A stretch of DNA of 32,000 bases, from NCBI GenBank assembly GCA_002719775.1, contig PBEP01000015.1:36973-68972 (forward strand), read 5' to 3'. Made by a program: the position numbers and the translations under genes. Each line of letters starts with the position of its first letter. Position 1 is the stretch's first letter. Under the pieces are notes generated by a model. The model saw only the letters and a list, made by a program, of their open reading frames with translations. It ran no database searches and was not told the DNA's origin. This DNA comes from Chloroflexota bacterium. Lineage in GTDB: Bacteria; Chloroflexota; Dehalococcoidia; Lucifugimonadales; Australimonadaceae. Below are positions 22,488 through 31,598 of the stretch, one piece after another.

Positions 22488-24332
22488 TTAAAAGTAAATC
22501 TTTAATTCTTGTACTAGTGCTGGAATGAATTCTTCCCAGTCTGTCACCACGCCAAAATCACAAGACCGGAAAAACTGAGCCCTAGCGTTGTTATTAATTG
22601 CAACTATAGTTCCTGATCGTTGAATCCCTACGGTATGGTTAAAGTCACCTCTTACTCCAACACCTATATACAAACTGGGCGCAACAGAACGGCCAGTTAG
22701 GCCAATTTGACGTTGCCTTGACATCCACCCTGCATCGACTACGTCCCTTGTGCAAATTAATTCTGCACCCAATAACTCGCAAATTGGTTCAAGGGCTTTA
22801 ATATTTTCTTTGCTCCCCACACCCATTCCAACGCACAGCACAGCCCATGCATCTTCTAGATTAGCTGTATCTGCCCCTTCTTCAGCAGTTCTAATGTCTA
22901 TTAAACGCAAGGCGTTGTCCTCTTTAATATCCAAGGCAAGGCTTTGCGTTAAAAAGCTTCGGTCAGGGTTTGCCTCCATACCTTCAAGAAGGCCAGGGCG
23001 AATCGTAGACATATATGGCGAAGTACTTGATAAAATTGGAGCAACTATGTTTCCTCCAAATGCCGGTTTCAATTGCACTAAGCGCAGTTCTTCGTCTACT
23101 TCTAAACCAACACAGTCTCCAGTCAGCCCTAATCCGAGTTTACCGGCAACTCTTGCTGCTAAATCCCTACCATTGATAGTGGATGATAGTAAAACAGCAT
23201 AAGGGGAAAATTCTTGCAAGGCTGATTCAAGTACTTGCGCATAGTTGCTAGTATTGTAATGTTCTAAACAGTCGTCTATCGCTGTTATTACAATATCGGC
23301 TCCTGATTTCCCCAGAATTTCTACACCATCACTGATACGAGATGAGCCTATTGCAAGGCAAATCACATGCCCTTGAATAGCATCAGCAACTTTTGAAGCT
23401 GCGCCTAATAACTCGAAAGTAACTTTTTTAATTCCATTAGTAGTTATATCAGCTACTACCAAGACACTTGGTCCTTTGTTCTGACGCGATTTTACTGAAG
23501 CGAGGGGTGAGGATTTTTTATTTTTGGTTCTCGCATTTTTTTCTAGAACGCCCTTTTGTTTTAAGTAATTAGTTAATGATTTTGCTGCATCGGAATAGCT
23601 AGTTTCTTCGCTAATTAAATTCTGATCCCTACCTGATTCAATAATTTGTATTTCCTCTACCCAAGTAGGTGATCCTTTTTGGCCAAAAATCTCCAAATCT
23701 GAAGATAAATCTTGAGCAGAAATTTCTACAGCTTTGAATTCTCTTGCTTTTTGTACAGCTTCTCGATTGGGAAAAACTTCTGGCGCAATACCCTCAACCA
23801 CGGTGATTACAGCAGGGAGAGTACATTCATATGTTTCAATGCTTTCATCTGTTTCTCTTTCAAGCTGCACTGTTGAGCCATCTACAATGTTTAATTTGCA
23901 CACATTGGTGACTTGAGGTAATCCGAGCATCTCAGCTACTTCTGGGCCTACCTGCCCAGTTTCAGAATCCACACTATGTGCACCAAAGAGCATGATGTCA
24001 TAATTTTGCTTTCTTAAAGCCAAGCTTAGAGCACGGGCTGTGGCTAAAGTGTCTGAGCCTGCCAAGATGGAATCAACTATGTGATATGCATTATCGGCTC
24101 CCATTGCTATACACATTTGCAAACCCTGAAGTGAAGCAGGAGGGCCCATCGTATACACATCAACCTCAATATCATGGCCTTCTTCCCTCAGTTCAATGCA
24201 TCTTTGTACTGCTAATTGATCATAGGAATTAAGTTCATTTGGAACTCCGTCTCGAACAATTCTTTTTGTTTCTAAATCAAATTTCATGCGCGCCACTACA
24301 GGCACCCATTTAACGCATACAGCAATTCTCAT
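22488..24332 (-). CDS. Fused electron transfer flavoprotein, EtfB (N-terminal) plus EtfA (C-terminal) in one 614-aa polypeptide
   Basis: The N-terminus MRIAVCVKWVP...ELNSYDQLAVQRCIELRE is EtfB. The linker is Lys/Ser-rich (ARTKNKKSSPLASVKSRQNKGPS). The C-terminus ...TRDVVDAGWMSRQRQIGLTGRSVAPSLYIGVGVRGDFNHTVGIQRSGTIVAINNN is the EtfA FAD domain. Confidence 0.85.
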   Translation of the reverse strand: MRIAVCVKWVPVVARMKFDLETKRIVRDGVPNELNSYDQLAVQRCIELREEGHDIEVDVYTMGPPASLQGLQMCIAMGADNAYHIVDSILAGSDTLATARALSLALRKQNYDIMLFGAHSVDSETGQVGPEVAEMLGLPQVTNVCKLNIVDGSTVQLERETDESIETYECTLPAVITVVEGIAPEVFPNREAVQKAREFKAVEISAQDLSSDLEIFGQKGSPTWVEEIQIIESGRDQNLISEETSYSDAAKSLTNYLKQKGVLEKNARTKNKKSSPLASVKSRQNKGPSVLVVADITTNGIKKVTFELLGAASKVADAIQGHVICLAIGSSRISDGVEILGKSGADIVITAIDDCLEHYNTSNYAQVLESALQEFSPYAVLLSSTINGRDLAARVAGKLGLGLTGDCVGLEVDEELRLVQLKPAFGGNIVAPILSSTSPYMSTIRPGLLEGMEANPDRSFLTQSLALDIKEDNALRLIDIRTAEEGADTANLEDAWAVLCVGMGVGSKENIKALEPICELLGAELICTRDVVDAGWMSRQRQIGLTGRSVAPSLYIGVGVRGDFNHTVGIQRSGTIVAINNNARAQFFRSCDFGVVTDWEEFIPALVQELKIYF

Positions 24333-24394
24333 TAATTACCTCATTCATTTATTAGATCTCTATTATTTAAAAACTCTGGAAACTAACTAGCATA

Positions 24395-25036
24395 TTAAGA
24401 GAAAACTTTTAAGAGAAAATCGGTGACTATACTGATAACCCTCGAATCTATAGAGTGCCCAAGGTCAGGTATAATATGCAAATCAACAGGGATGCCAAGT
24501 TCCATTAGGGTTTCGCTCGCTTCAACTGAGAGTCTTGCAGGCAAAACTTGATCATCCTCTCCATGAACCAACAAAATTGGTGTAGAGTTTTTAGCTTGCT
24601 GGCCAAGGTCAGATGAAGTTGTGATAGCTCCACTCAATCCAACAATACCTGCAAGTGGATCAGCGCGACGAGGACCCACATGAAGTGCGGTGATACATCC
24701 TTGGGAAAAACCTAACAGTGCAACATTAGACGTTTTTATATCAAGTGAACTCACCACCTGATCAATATACATATCTACGCTGCTAGCGACGTCTATTACA
24801 CCTTGTATTCGAAGTTCAGGTGTAGAAGAGGAGTACCATTGAAAACCAACCAGACTATCCTCAAAACTATGAGGAGCATGCGGTGCGAAAAACGCTGTGT
24901 TAGGTAAATTATTCTGGAAATAATTCACTAGCCCGATCATATCGTTACCATCAGATCCTCTTCCATGAAGCATTATCACAGCAGAATTAGCTTTACTTGT
25001 TACCGGGAGTCGTGATGGGCCGTTTAGTGCTGACAT
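24395..25036 (-). CDS. Alpha/beta hydrolase, phospholipase/carboxylesterase family
   Basis: VIMLHGRGSDGNDM...the nucleophile elbow GFSQG...VHGEDDQVLP...GHSI is the typical Ser-Asp-His arrangement of this family. Confidence 0.8.
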   Translation of the reverse strand: MSALNGPSRLPVTSKANSAVIMLHGRGSDGNDMIGLVNYFQNNLPNTAFFAPHAPHSFEDSLVGFQWYSSSTPELRIQGVIDVASSVDMYIDQVVSSLDIKTSNVALLGFSQGCITALHVGPRRADPLAGIVGLSGAITTSSDLGQQAKNSTPILLVHGEDDQVLPARLSVEASETLMELGIPVDLHIIPDLGHSIDSRVISIVTDFLLKVFS

Positions 25037-25057
25037 AAGCTTAGTCTATATAAGCTT
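25035..25057. repeat. Two ATAAGCTT copies 15 bp apart; AAGCTT is itself palindromic, so this also reads as AAGCTTA-N7-TAAGCTT
   Basis: ATAAGCTT occurs at 25035..25042 and 25050..25057, in the divergent region between the hydrolase gene and the DtxR-family regulator gene. The left half resembles a DtxR-box half site (TaAGcTTAG). Confidence 0.3.
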
Positions 25058-25147
25058 TAAATTATGATCAAATCAGAATATTACTTTTATACCAGGTGCA
25101 GATTTTTTCAATAAATACGATAATAAAGTCAGACTTTTGGAGTTACT

Positions 25148-25888
25148 ATGGCCAATAATTTATCAAAAACGAAACGTAGCGCGCCTAAAGGTAAAAAGGC
25201 TATGTCTCATGCTGCTGAAAATTATCTCCTATCACTAGCGATATTACATGAGGATGAAATGCTTCCTCACGTCAGTGAACTGGCAAGTTACCTCAGAAGG
25301 ATTCCGATCGAAGAAGGTGTCGGGACAACTATGGCGTCAGTATCAGGAATGATACAAAGGATGACTGCTGATGGTTTGGTTTTTTTAAATAAAGAGAAAC
25401 AAATAGAGCTCACTCAAAATGGTGAGAAAATTGCAAAGGATGTTGTCAGGAGACACAGGCTTGCTGAAAGAATGTTAGTAGACGTTCTCCAAGTTCCTAT
25501 TGAATTAGCTGAGGCGGAAGCGCATCAACTGGAACACTCTATTTCTCCTGGTTTGTTAATGCGGATTGAAGAAAAGCTTAATTACCCGGATACATGTCCT
25601 TACGGTAGGCCAATTTACAAATCAGATGACTCTCCTCTAAGGAAAGGAAGACCCGGCAGCATTAGGTTGAGTGAATCTAAAAAAGAAATCAGTTACAAAA
25701 TTTTGCAAATTCCAGATGAGGACTTTCCATTACTAAAATTTTTGGTGGAACAGAAAATTCTGCCCGGGGAAATAATTTCAGTCGTCGACAACGCTCCCTA
25801 CAGAGGAGTTGTAGACATTTCTCACGGTCCAACTTCCATCTCTATAGGCATGGAAGTCGCCAGCCGAATAAGAGTTGCGAAAGCGTAG
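25148..25888 (+). CDS. DtxR/MntR-family metal-dependent transcriptional regulator with a C-terminal FeoA/SH3-like domain
   Basis: AENYLLSLAIL...VVRRHRLAERMLVDVL...AEAEAHQLEHSIS aligns with the DtxR TEMYLRTIYEL...RKHRLAERLL...HDEACRWEHVMS. The C-terminal SH3-like tail is LPGEIISVV. Confidence 0.8.
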   Translation: MANNLSKTKRSAPKGKKAMSHAAENYLLSLAILHEDEMLPHVSELASYLRRIPIEEGVGTTMASVSGMIQRMTADGLVFLNKEKQIELTQNGEKIAKDVVRRHRLAERMLVDVLQVPIELAEAEAHQLEHSISPGLLMRIEEKLNYPDTCPYGRPIYKSDDSPLRKGRPGSIRLSESKKEISYKILQIPDEDFPLLKFLVEQKILPGEIISVVDNAPYRGVVDISHGPTSISIGMEVASRIRVAKA

Positions 25889-25894
25889 AGCTCT

Positions 25895-26872
25895 TTACTT
25901 AAAGTGAGGCAAAACTTCCTTAGCAAATCGATCGAATTGTTCCTTCTGGTCCCATGATGCAAATCGCACAATTAAATGCTGGGCTCCTGCCTCAATATAT
26001 TCTTGCATTTTTCTCACAATTTCATTGGGAGTACCCCAAGGGCCCCATCGTTCACCCCAGTGGCGAACTCCATAATAAGAAATTAAAAAATCATCTGCTT
26101 CTTTGCTAGCTAAATTTTTATCATTGTTAATATTTACCGTCAGGTAAAAAAACCGCTCAATGTTCGAAGAGTCCCTGCCTTCTTCTGAAGCGAGCATCAT
26201 TACCCTTCTACAAGCCTCTTGGTATTCTTCCGGGGAATCAGTAATTCCCATAATGCCATCAGCGTACCTTGCTGCTCTCAAAAATTGTGCTTCTGAACCA
26301 GTTCTATAATGTGTCGCAAGTAACAAAGGAATCCCGTTTTCTTGGTTAGGTTTGGGTTGAATAGATACGTTATCAAGCTTAAAGTGCCTGCCATCAAAAG
26401 AAACATCATTTTCTGTCCATAGACGCTTCAGAATCTGAATGGTCTCGGTAAGTCTTGAAGCACGAGTAGCAGGGTCTACACTTACTGTTGCCCAATCATT
26501 TGATTGTTCTTTTGTGAATGCCCCGCCTACACCAACACCAAGATAAAGCCGTCCCCCAGAAATCACATCGGCAGTAGCTAAACTATGGGCAAGCGTCACA
26601 GGGTGCCTTAAAGTCGGTAACATCACTGCACTACCAATTCTTATTTGGCTGGTACGAGCTCCAAGTGCAGACATAGCAGCTACAGGCTCGAGACGAGGTT
26701 TCGAAACCAGACTATCACCTACCCAAATCGAATCCAGACCAATATTTTCAGCTTTGACTGCTATCTCCATGAACGAATCTGCATTAACTGGTCTGTTTTC
26801 TCTATAGGCACGCATTACCAATCCGCGTGTGGCTAAAAGAACCCCTACTTTAGGTTGGAATTGTCTAGTCAC
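25895..26872 (-). CDS. Luciferase-like monooxygenase (LLM) class oxidoreductase, probably F420-dependent
   Basis: A TIM-barrel LLM pattern: GLDSIWVGDSL...RIGSAVMLPTLRHPVTLAHSLATADVISGGRLYLGVGVGG. The start overlaps the cofC stop by 8 nt. F420 dependence is inferred from context. Confidence 0.75.
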   Translation of the reverse strand: MTRQFQPKVGVLLATRGLVMRAYRENRPVNADSFMEIAVKAENIGLDSIWVGDSLVSKPRLEPVAAMSALGARTSQIRIGSAVMLPTLRHPVTLAHSLATADVISGGRLYLGVGVGGAFTKEQSNDWATVSVDPATRASRLTETIQILKRLWTENDVSFDGRHFKLDNVSIQPKPNQENGIPLLLATHYRTGSEAQFLRAARYADGIMGITDSPEEYQEACRRVMMLASEEGRDSSNIERFFYLTVNINNDKNLASKEADDFLISYYGVRHWGERWGPWGTPNEIVRKMQEYIEAGAQHLIVRFASWDQKEQFDRFAKEVLPHFK

Positions 26873-27596
26873 TTGTTAATTCTTCCTCCTCTAGTGCAAT
26901 CTCCCATGCAGCCTTGACAGGATTCAAAGAGATCCAGTGGTTAACGATTCCCTTAAATTCGGCAAGTTTTTCTGTGAAATTTGGAATATTTGATTGCGCA
27001 TAATTTAAATCTTCTGGTGTATCCACATCAAAAGCTAGCCCAGCTGCGCTAACGCTAATTAGCGGTTTGCCTTCAGCTGAAGTGAAAGCTTTAAAACGAG
27101 AAAAACTATGTTCGCCAAATGAAGGTGGGAAATTTACACCAATCGGCCAAAACATAGCGTTGGTACCTCCATCGGACATTGCCATCGTTCCCACAGGGCT
27201 CTTTAAATCGTCAGTAGCACCAATTAAATCCACCAAATCGCTCTTGCTGACCATTGGAACGTCTGCGGGAATCACTAGAACACCCTTACTGTCAGTGTCC
27301 CAAGCATCCATAATTGCCAAGGAAATTGAAGAATTCAGGTCATGTCCTCGGTCTTCACAAAATTGAAGCCCATGATTTTGTGAAATTTCTTCCACCAATG
27401 CATCTCCACCAACTACTCTGCAATCACCAGCTCTAAAAGCCTGAATTGCTACACTACATACATGATCAAACATTGCCAGAGCAACTGCCTGCCTAGTTAA
27501 GTCATCTACGATTGGTGACAATCGCATCTTTGCATTGACCAGAGGCTTCATTGGAATAATTAATGAGACATTGGAAAATGGAGTGCTAGTCGCCAT
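26865..27596 (-). CDS. cofC: CofC/FbiD-family guanylyltransferase of F420 biosynthesis
   Basis: The N-terminus LIIPMKPLVNAKMRLSP follows the family pattern (IP.K....AK.RL). It also has VLVIPADVPMV and a GGTN motif. It sits between cofD and the LLM gene with overlapping stop and start codons. Confidence 0.75.
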   Translation of the reverse strand: MATSTPFSNVSLIIPMKPLVNAKMRLSPIVDDLTRQAVALAMFDHVCSVAIQAFRAGDCRVVGGDALVEEISQNHGLQFCEDRGHDLNSSISLAIMDAWDTDSKGVLVIPADVPMVSKSDLVDLIGATDDLKSPVGTMAMSDGGTNAMFWPIGVNFPPSFGEHSFSRFKAFTSAEGKPLISVSAAGLAFDVDTPEDLNYAQSNIPNFTEKLAEFKGIVNHWISLNPVKAAWEIALEEEELTSD

Positions 27597-28533
27597 ACCA
27601 ATTCTCCAATAAATTACTTACTTCATTAGCAAGCCTGACTTTATCTTCCGACGTCTCCATAATTGTGTTTGTCACAATAGGTTTGATACCTAAATCTGTA
27701 ATTTTCTTTGATTGTTGATCATCCATATGATCGATCAATAGCGCATCGATTAGCCCAATATAACCCTGCGCTACCGAAACACATGAAGGTTCTTCTCCGA
27801 GTTCAGTCATCATCTTAGCTGCGGGACCTTTAATAGCCTTGCCACCTACAATTGGACTTATAGCTATCCGAGGTCCCTTAAAATTTCGGACTTTCTCACG
27901 TACTCCAGGTATGGCAAGAACTGGCCCTATGCTAACAAGTGGATTCGAAGGGCATAGCACAATAGAACCAGAATTTTTTAGCGCTAATTCAAAATCAGGA
28001 GAAGGAGTAGCTGTTTCAGATCCTTCAAAACGTATAGCTGAAATTTTTGGCTCGCATCTACGGCGAACGAAGTAATCCTGAAAAGGTAATTCGCCTTCTT
28101 CAGTTACAGCAACAGTCTTAATTTGGTCGTTACTCATAGGTATGATGTTTGTATCTATATTAAGCTGCTTACACAAATATTTAGTCGCTTCTGTAAGTGT
28201 ATACCCATTTTGAAGAAGTTCTTTTCTTCTAATATGCGTAGCTAGGTCTGAATCCCCAATTCGAAACCAAACATCACCTCCTAGTCTCTCTAGAGATTCG
28301 AGAAAACGAAAAGTTTCACCCTCTAACCCCCACCCCTGTTCAATATTGGATAAGCCTGCAAGTGTATACATCACGGTATCTAAATCAGGGCTCACGTGCA
28401 GACCATGAAAAGTTTCATCATCAGCGGTATTAACAATTATAGAAAGTTCTGATTTATCAAGAACTCTGGATAAACCCAAGGCTAATTTTGCACCACCGAC
28501 CCCACCGGCAATCGCAAGTACTGGCCTAAACAA
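27586..28533 (-). CDS. cofD: 2-phospho-L-lactate transferase (CofD/FbiA)
   Basis: LAIAGGVGGAKLALGL...NTADDETFHGLHVSPDLDTVMYTLAG...GDSDLATH...LCPSNPLVSIGPVLAIPG are CofD signatures. Confidence 0.9.
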   Translation of the reverse strand: MFRPVLAIAGGVGGAKLALGLSRVLDKSELSIIVNTADDETFHGLHVSPDLDTVMYTLAGLSNIEQGWGLEGETFRFLESLERLGGDVWFRIGDSDLATHIRRKELLQNGYTLTEATKYLCKQLNIDTNIIPMSNDQIKTVAVTEEGELPFQDYFVRRRCEPKISAIRFEGSETATPSPDFELALKNSGSIVLCPSNPLVSIGPVLAIPGVREKVRNFKGPRIAISPIVGGKAIKGPAAKMMTELGEEPSCVSVAQGYIGLIDALLIDHMDDQQSKKITDLGIKPIVTNTIMETSEDKVRLANEVSNLLENWYGD

Positions 28534-29896
28534 CTTTTGATCCTTTTGTTCGATTATCTATTTCCAATAACTCCGGTAAAGTTGGTCCGACAAGCGATGG
28601 AGCTCGTTGTCCATCGTATCGAAAAGGTTCTAGCTTGATTAACTCTTCATACGAACCAAAACGCAAAGGATCTGAAGCTGCAATATCTAATAATTCTAAT
28701 TTAGCAGGCTCTTCTTCATAAACTTTTTCTAACACGTAAAGGGTCGATCTCCTTGCCGGAACTCTCCCCATATTTCTTATCCAATACCTCAATTCTGAAG
28801 GCGGTACCAGCTGGCCATACTGGGCACCTGCAGAAGTAGAGATACTCTCATTTATAAGGGTACCTCCAACATCATTACAACCTGCTGAAAGCAAAATTTG
28901 CGCTAACTTAGGTCCTTCTTTAACCCATGAACACTGGATATTATCTATATAGTTATTCAGCATGATTCGCGACACAGCATGCATCTTTATAACTTCCATT
29001 CCTGTTGCTCCAGGCTGAATTCCTTCAACTAAATTCTGCTGCCACATAGGTGCCTCATTATGAACAAATGAAAGTGGCACGAATTCAGTTATTCCGTAAT
29101 GCACTTTTTGAACATCTCGGATTACTTGAAGGTGAATCGCCCTATCTCTGTAAGTCTCAACGTGACCAAACATTATTGTAGAGGTAGTCGGAATTCCAAT
29201 CTTATGTGCGGAAAGAATTACTTCCTTCCATTGTTCAACTGATATGCGCCCGGGTGAAATTTTGTCCCTTACATCTTGTATTAATATTTCAGCAGAAGTG
29301 CCCGGGAGACTGCCTATGCCTGCTTCTTTTAGCCCCAGAAGGTACTCCGATATAGAGGACTTTGATCGAATTGAACCGTACAGAATTTCTTCTGGAGAAA
29401 ATCCATGTATGTGCATCTGAGGGATCGCTTTTTTTATTTCTCTCGTTAAATCAATATATAAAGATCCTTCCATTTTTGGTGGAAGACCTGCTTGTACACA
29501 AATTTCAGTTGCCCCTAAATCCCAAGCCTCCTGAGCACGCCGTATTATTTCATTCAAAGGTAAAAGGTATCCCTCTTCCTCTCTATGGTCACGGCTAAAT
29601 GCACAAAAGCCACAATGTTTAATACAAACGTTTGTGAAATTGATATTTCGATTTACAACGTAGGTGACCGTATCGCCATTAACCCGTCTCCTAAGCTCAT
29701 CGGCGGTTGCCATTAAGGCAAGCAAGCTTGGAGAGTCAACACCAAACAACTGCTCACCTTCATCAACGGTAATTTCGTCACCTGACAAAGCCTTATCTAA
29801 AATCCTAGCGACTTTGGGTGGAGTCATCTCGATCAGGTTTTCGACAGCCTGATACAAGTAGGGGATTTCATTATTGTTTGTCTTCATACTTACCAT
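28526..29896 (-). CDS. cofH: FO synthase subunit 2 (radical SAM, CofH)
   Basis: TYVVNRNINFTNVCIKHCGFCAF has the CxxxCxxC cluster in the CofH context. The end resembles the C-terminal half of FbiC. At 456 aa it has roughly 55-60 extra C-terminal residues. Confidence 0.85.
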   Translation of the reverse strand: MVSMKTNNNEIPYLYQAVENLIEMTPPKVARILDKALSGDEITVDEGEQLFGVDSPSLLALMATADELRRRVNGDTVTYVVNRNINFTNVCIKHCGFCAFSRDHREEEGYLLPLNEIIRRAQEAWDLGATEICVQAGLPPKMEGSLYIDLTREIKKAIPQMHIHGFSPEEILYGSIRSKSSISEYLLGLKEAGIGSLPGTSAEILIQDVRDKISPGRISVEQWKEVILSAHKIGIPTTSTIMFGHVETYRDRAIHLQVIRDVQKVHYGITEFVPLSFVHNEAPMWQQNLVEGIQPGATGMEVIKMHAVSRIMLNNYIDNIQCSWVKEGPKLAQILLSAGCNDVGGTLINESISTSAGAQYGQLVPPSELRYWIRNMGRVPARRSTLYVLEKVYEEEPAKLELLDIAASDPLRFGSYEELIKLEPFRYDGQRAPSLVGPTLPELLEIDNRTKGSKVV

Positions 29897-31098
29897 CTTT
29901 CCAGATCAGTTTTTATATACCCGTCAGGACTCGTAATGTCTAAAACTTTTTGCCTTACTGATGAAGAAATAAACCATTTACCCGAAGACACATAATCGGG
30001 AAATAAAGCGGTGCGTTCCCGCAATTCGAAACCAGCATCAGAGGTTAAGCGACGCAATTTTGAAACTTCAGGCCAAGCACGTTCTGGATTGATGAAATCT
30101 TTTGTCAAAGGTGAGATCCCGCCCCAGTCATTAATACCCGCGAGCAGGTAAGTTTGGCAAGATTCTTCATTGAGGTTCGGAGGAGATTCAATATTCATCG
30201 ATGCTCCCATGAAAAGTCGTGCCACAGCTTGAGTTTTCAGCAAATCTAAAACATTTGCATCGGGTATTGCGCTCATACGAGTGTCATTTTTTGCTCTAAA
30301 ATTCTGAATTATTATCTCTTGAATATTTCCGTATTCTTCATTAATTTTCCTTATTTTCATCAGCGAATCTACACGATCTTTATGGGTTTCTCCTATACCA
30401 ATCAAAATACCTGTGGTCATAGCTACGCCTAGTTCACCCGCATTCGATAGTGTATTCAACCTATCCACTGGCGCTTTGGTAACAGTCTTATAGTGAGCAC
30501 CACCCACATTATGCAAAGCCATGCTTGTACTCTCTAGCATGATTCCCATGCTTACATTCCAGGGCGCTATCACAGAAATTTCATCTTTATCCAGTAATCC
30601 GCAATTAGTATGAGGCAAAAGGCCAGTTTCTTCTAAAATTAATCTCGACATAGCAGCTACATAGTCAATAGTGGAATTAAAGCCAAACTCTCTCAAAGTA
30701 TCAAGAATTTCTGGATGCCGGTATTCAGGATGATCACCAAGAGATAAAAGTGCTTCCTTGCATCCCAAAGATTGCCCTTGTCGTGCAACTTTCAACACTT
30801 CATCTGGCGACATAGTGTGTGCACCAGCTTGCTCAGGGCCTTTAACAAAAGTGCAGTAACCGCATCGGTCTCTACAAAGATTAGTTAAAGGTAAGAAAAT
30901 TTTCCTGGAGTACGTGATTTTACGAGTTTGCTGGGTATTATTTCGCAGTTCTGATGCAGCCCACATTAAAGTAGTTAATTGGGAAGCATCGGATTCAATT
31001 AAAGCATAGCCCTCATCTAAATCTAAAGATTGACCTGAAAGAGCTCTATCCAAAATTGGTGCGAGTTTGGGATTGATTTTAGATGCGATATCGACCAA
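29890..31098 (-). CDS. cofG: FO synthase subunit 1 (radical SAM, CofG)
   Basis: ITYSRKIFLPLTNLCRDRCGYCTFV matches the N-terminal (CofG) half of FbiC. The TTG start follows GGGAGTGGTGAG. Confidence 0.85.
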   Translation of the reverse strand: MVDIASKINPKLAPILDRALSGQSLDLDEGYALIESDASQLTTLMWAASELRNNTQQTRKITYSRKIFLPLTNLCRDRCGYCTFVKGPEQAGAHTMSPDEVLKVARQGQSLGCKEALLSLGDHPEYRHPEILDTLREFGFNSTIDYVAAMSRLILEETGLLPHTNCGLLDKDEISVIAPWNVSMGIMLESTSMALHNVGGAHYKTVTKAPVDRLNTLSNAGELGVAMTTGILIGIGETHKDRVDSLMKIRKINEEYGNIQEIIIQNFRAKNDTRMSAIPDANVLDLLKTQAVARLFMGASMNIESPPNLNEESCQTYLLAGINDWGGISPLTKDFINPERAWPEVSKLRRLTSDAGFELRERTALFPDYVSSGKWFISSSVRQKVLDITSPDGYIKTDLERW

Positions 31099-31214
31099 AG
31101 TTACTCACCACTCCCTAAGGGTATGAATGTGAGACACGATGGGCCTCTCGATATAGGGGATGGTAGCATACTGAAAACGTCTCAACAAATGAATTTTCGA
31201 CAAGGATATTTCAA

Positions 31215-31598
31215 ATGGAGCAAAATCTTAAATTTTTCACCAAGCTACTTGTTGTTATTTTTATGGGCGTGGCTTCATTTATTGCTCTTGGCAACGCTGA
31301 ACCTTGGGCAGGGGATTGGGTGACTCCAGTGTGGATTTGCTCAGCTTTTTTCTTCCCTTTCTTATTTGGAATGGCCGTTGGCAAACCAATCAGCGGCAGA
31401 AAGAGTGCATTGGCAGGGTCATTAATAGGCCTAATCGTAGTAGTTCTACCTGGGTATCTATATATGGCTACAGGTGATAGGGGCTATACTGAGCATGCGA
31501 TGCAAAACTTCTACATAGCGTTCATTCCCTTATCAATTATACAAGGTTCTATAACAGCTCCAGTTGGTGTCGCAGCAAGGGTGAGCATCCAAAAATAA
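31215..31598 (+). CDS. Hypothetical integral membrane protein (~4 TM helices)
   Basis: 127-aa ORF with four hydrophobic segments. AAGGA lies 8 nt upstream of the ATG. I recognise no family. Confidence 0.45.
   Translation: MEQNLKFFTKLLVVIFMGVASFIALGNAEPWAGDWVTPVWICSAFFFPFLFGMAVGKPISGRKSALAGSLIGLIVVVLPGYLYMATGDRGYTEHAMQNFYIAFIPLSIIQGSITAPVGVAARVSIQK

Noticed and set aside
31123-31323. 66-aa ORF overlapping the start of the membrane-protein gene
   Set aside because: It is in a different frame from the better-supported 127-aa membrane ORF, has no ribosome-binding site, and its hydrophobic tail is simply the off-frame reading of the same T-rich segment.
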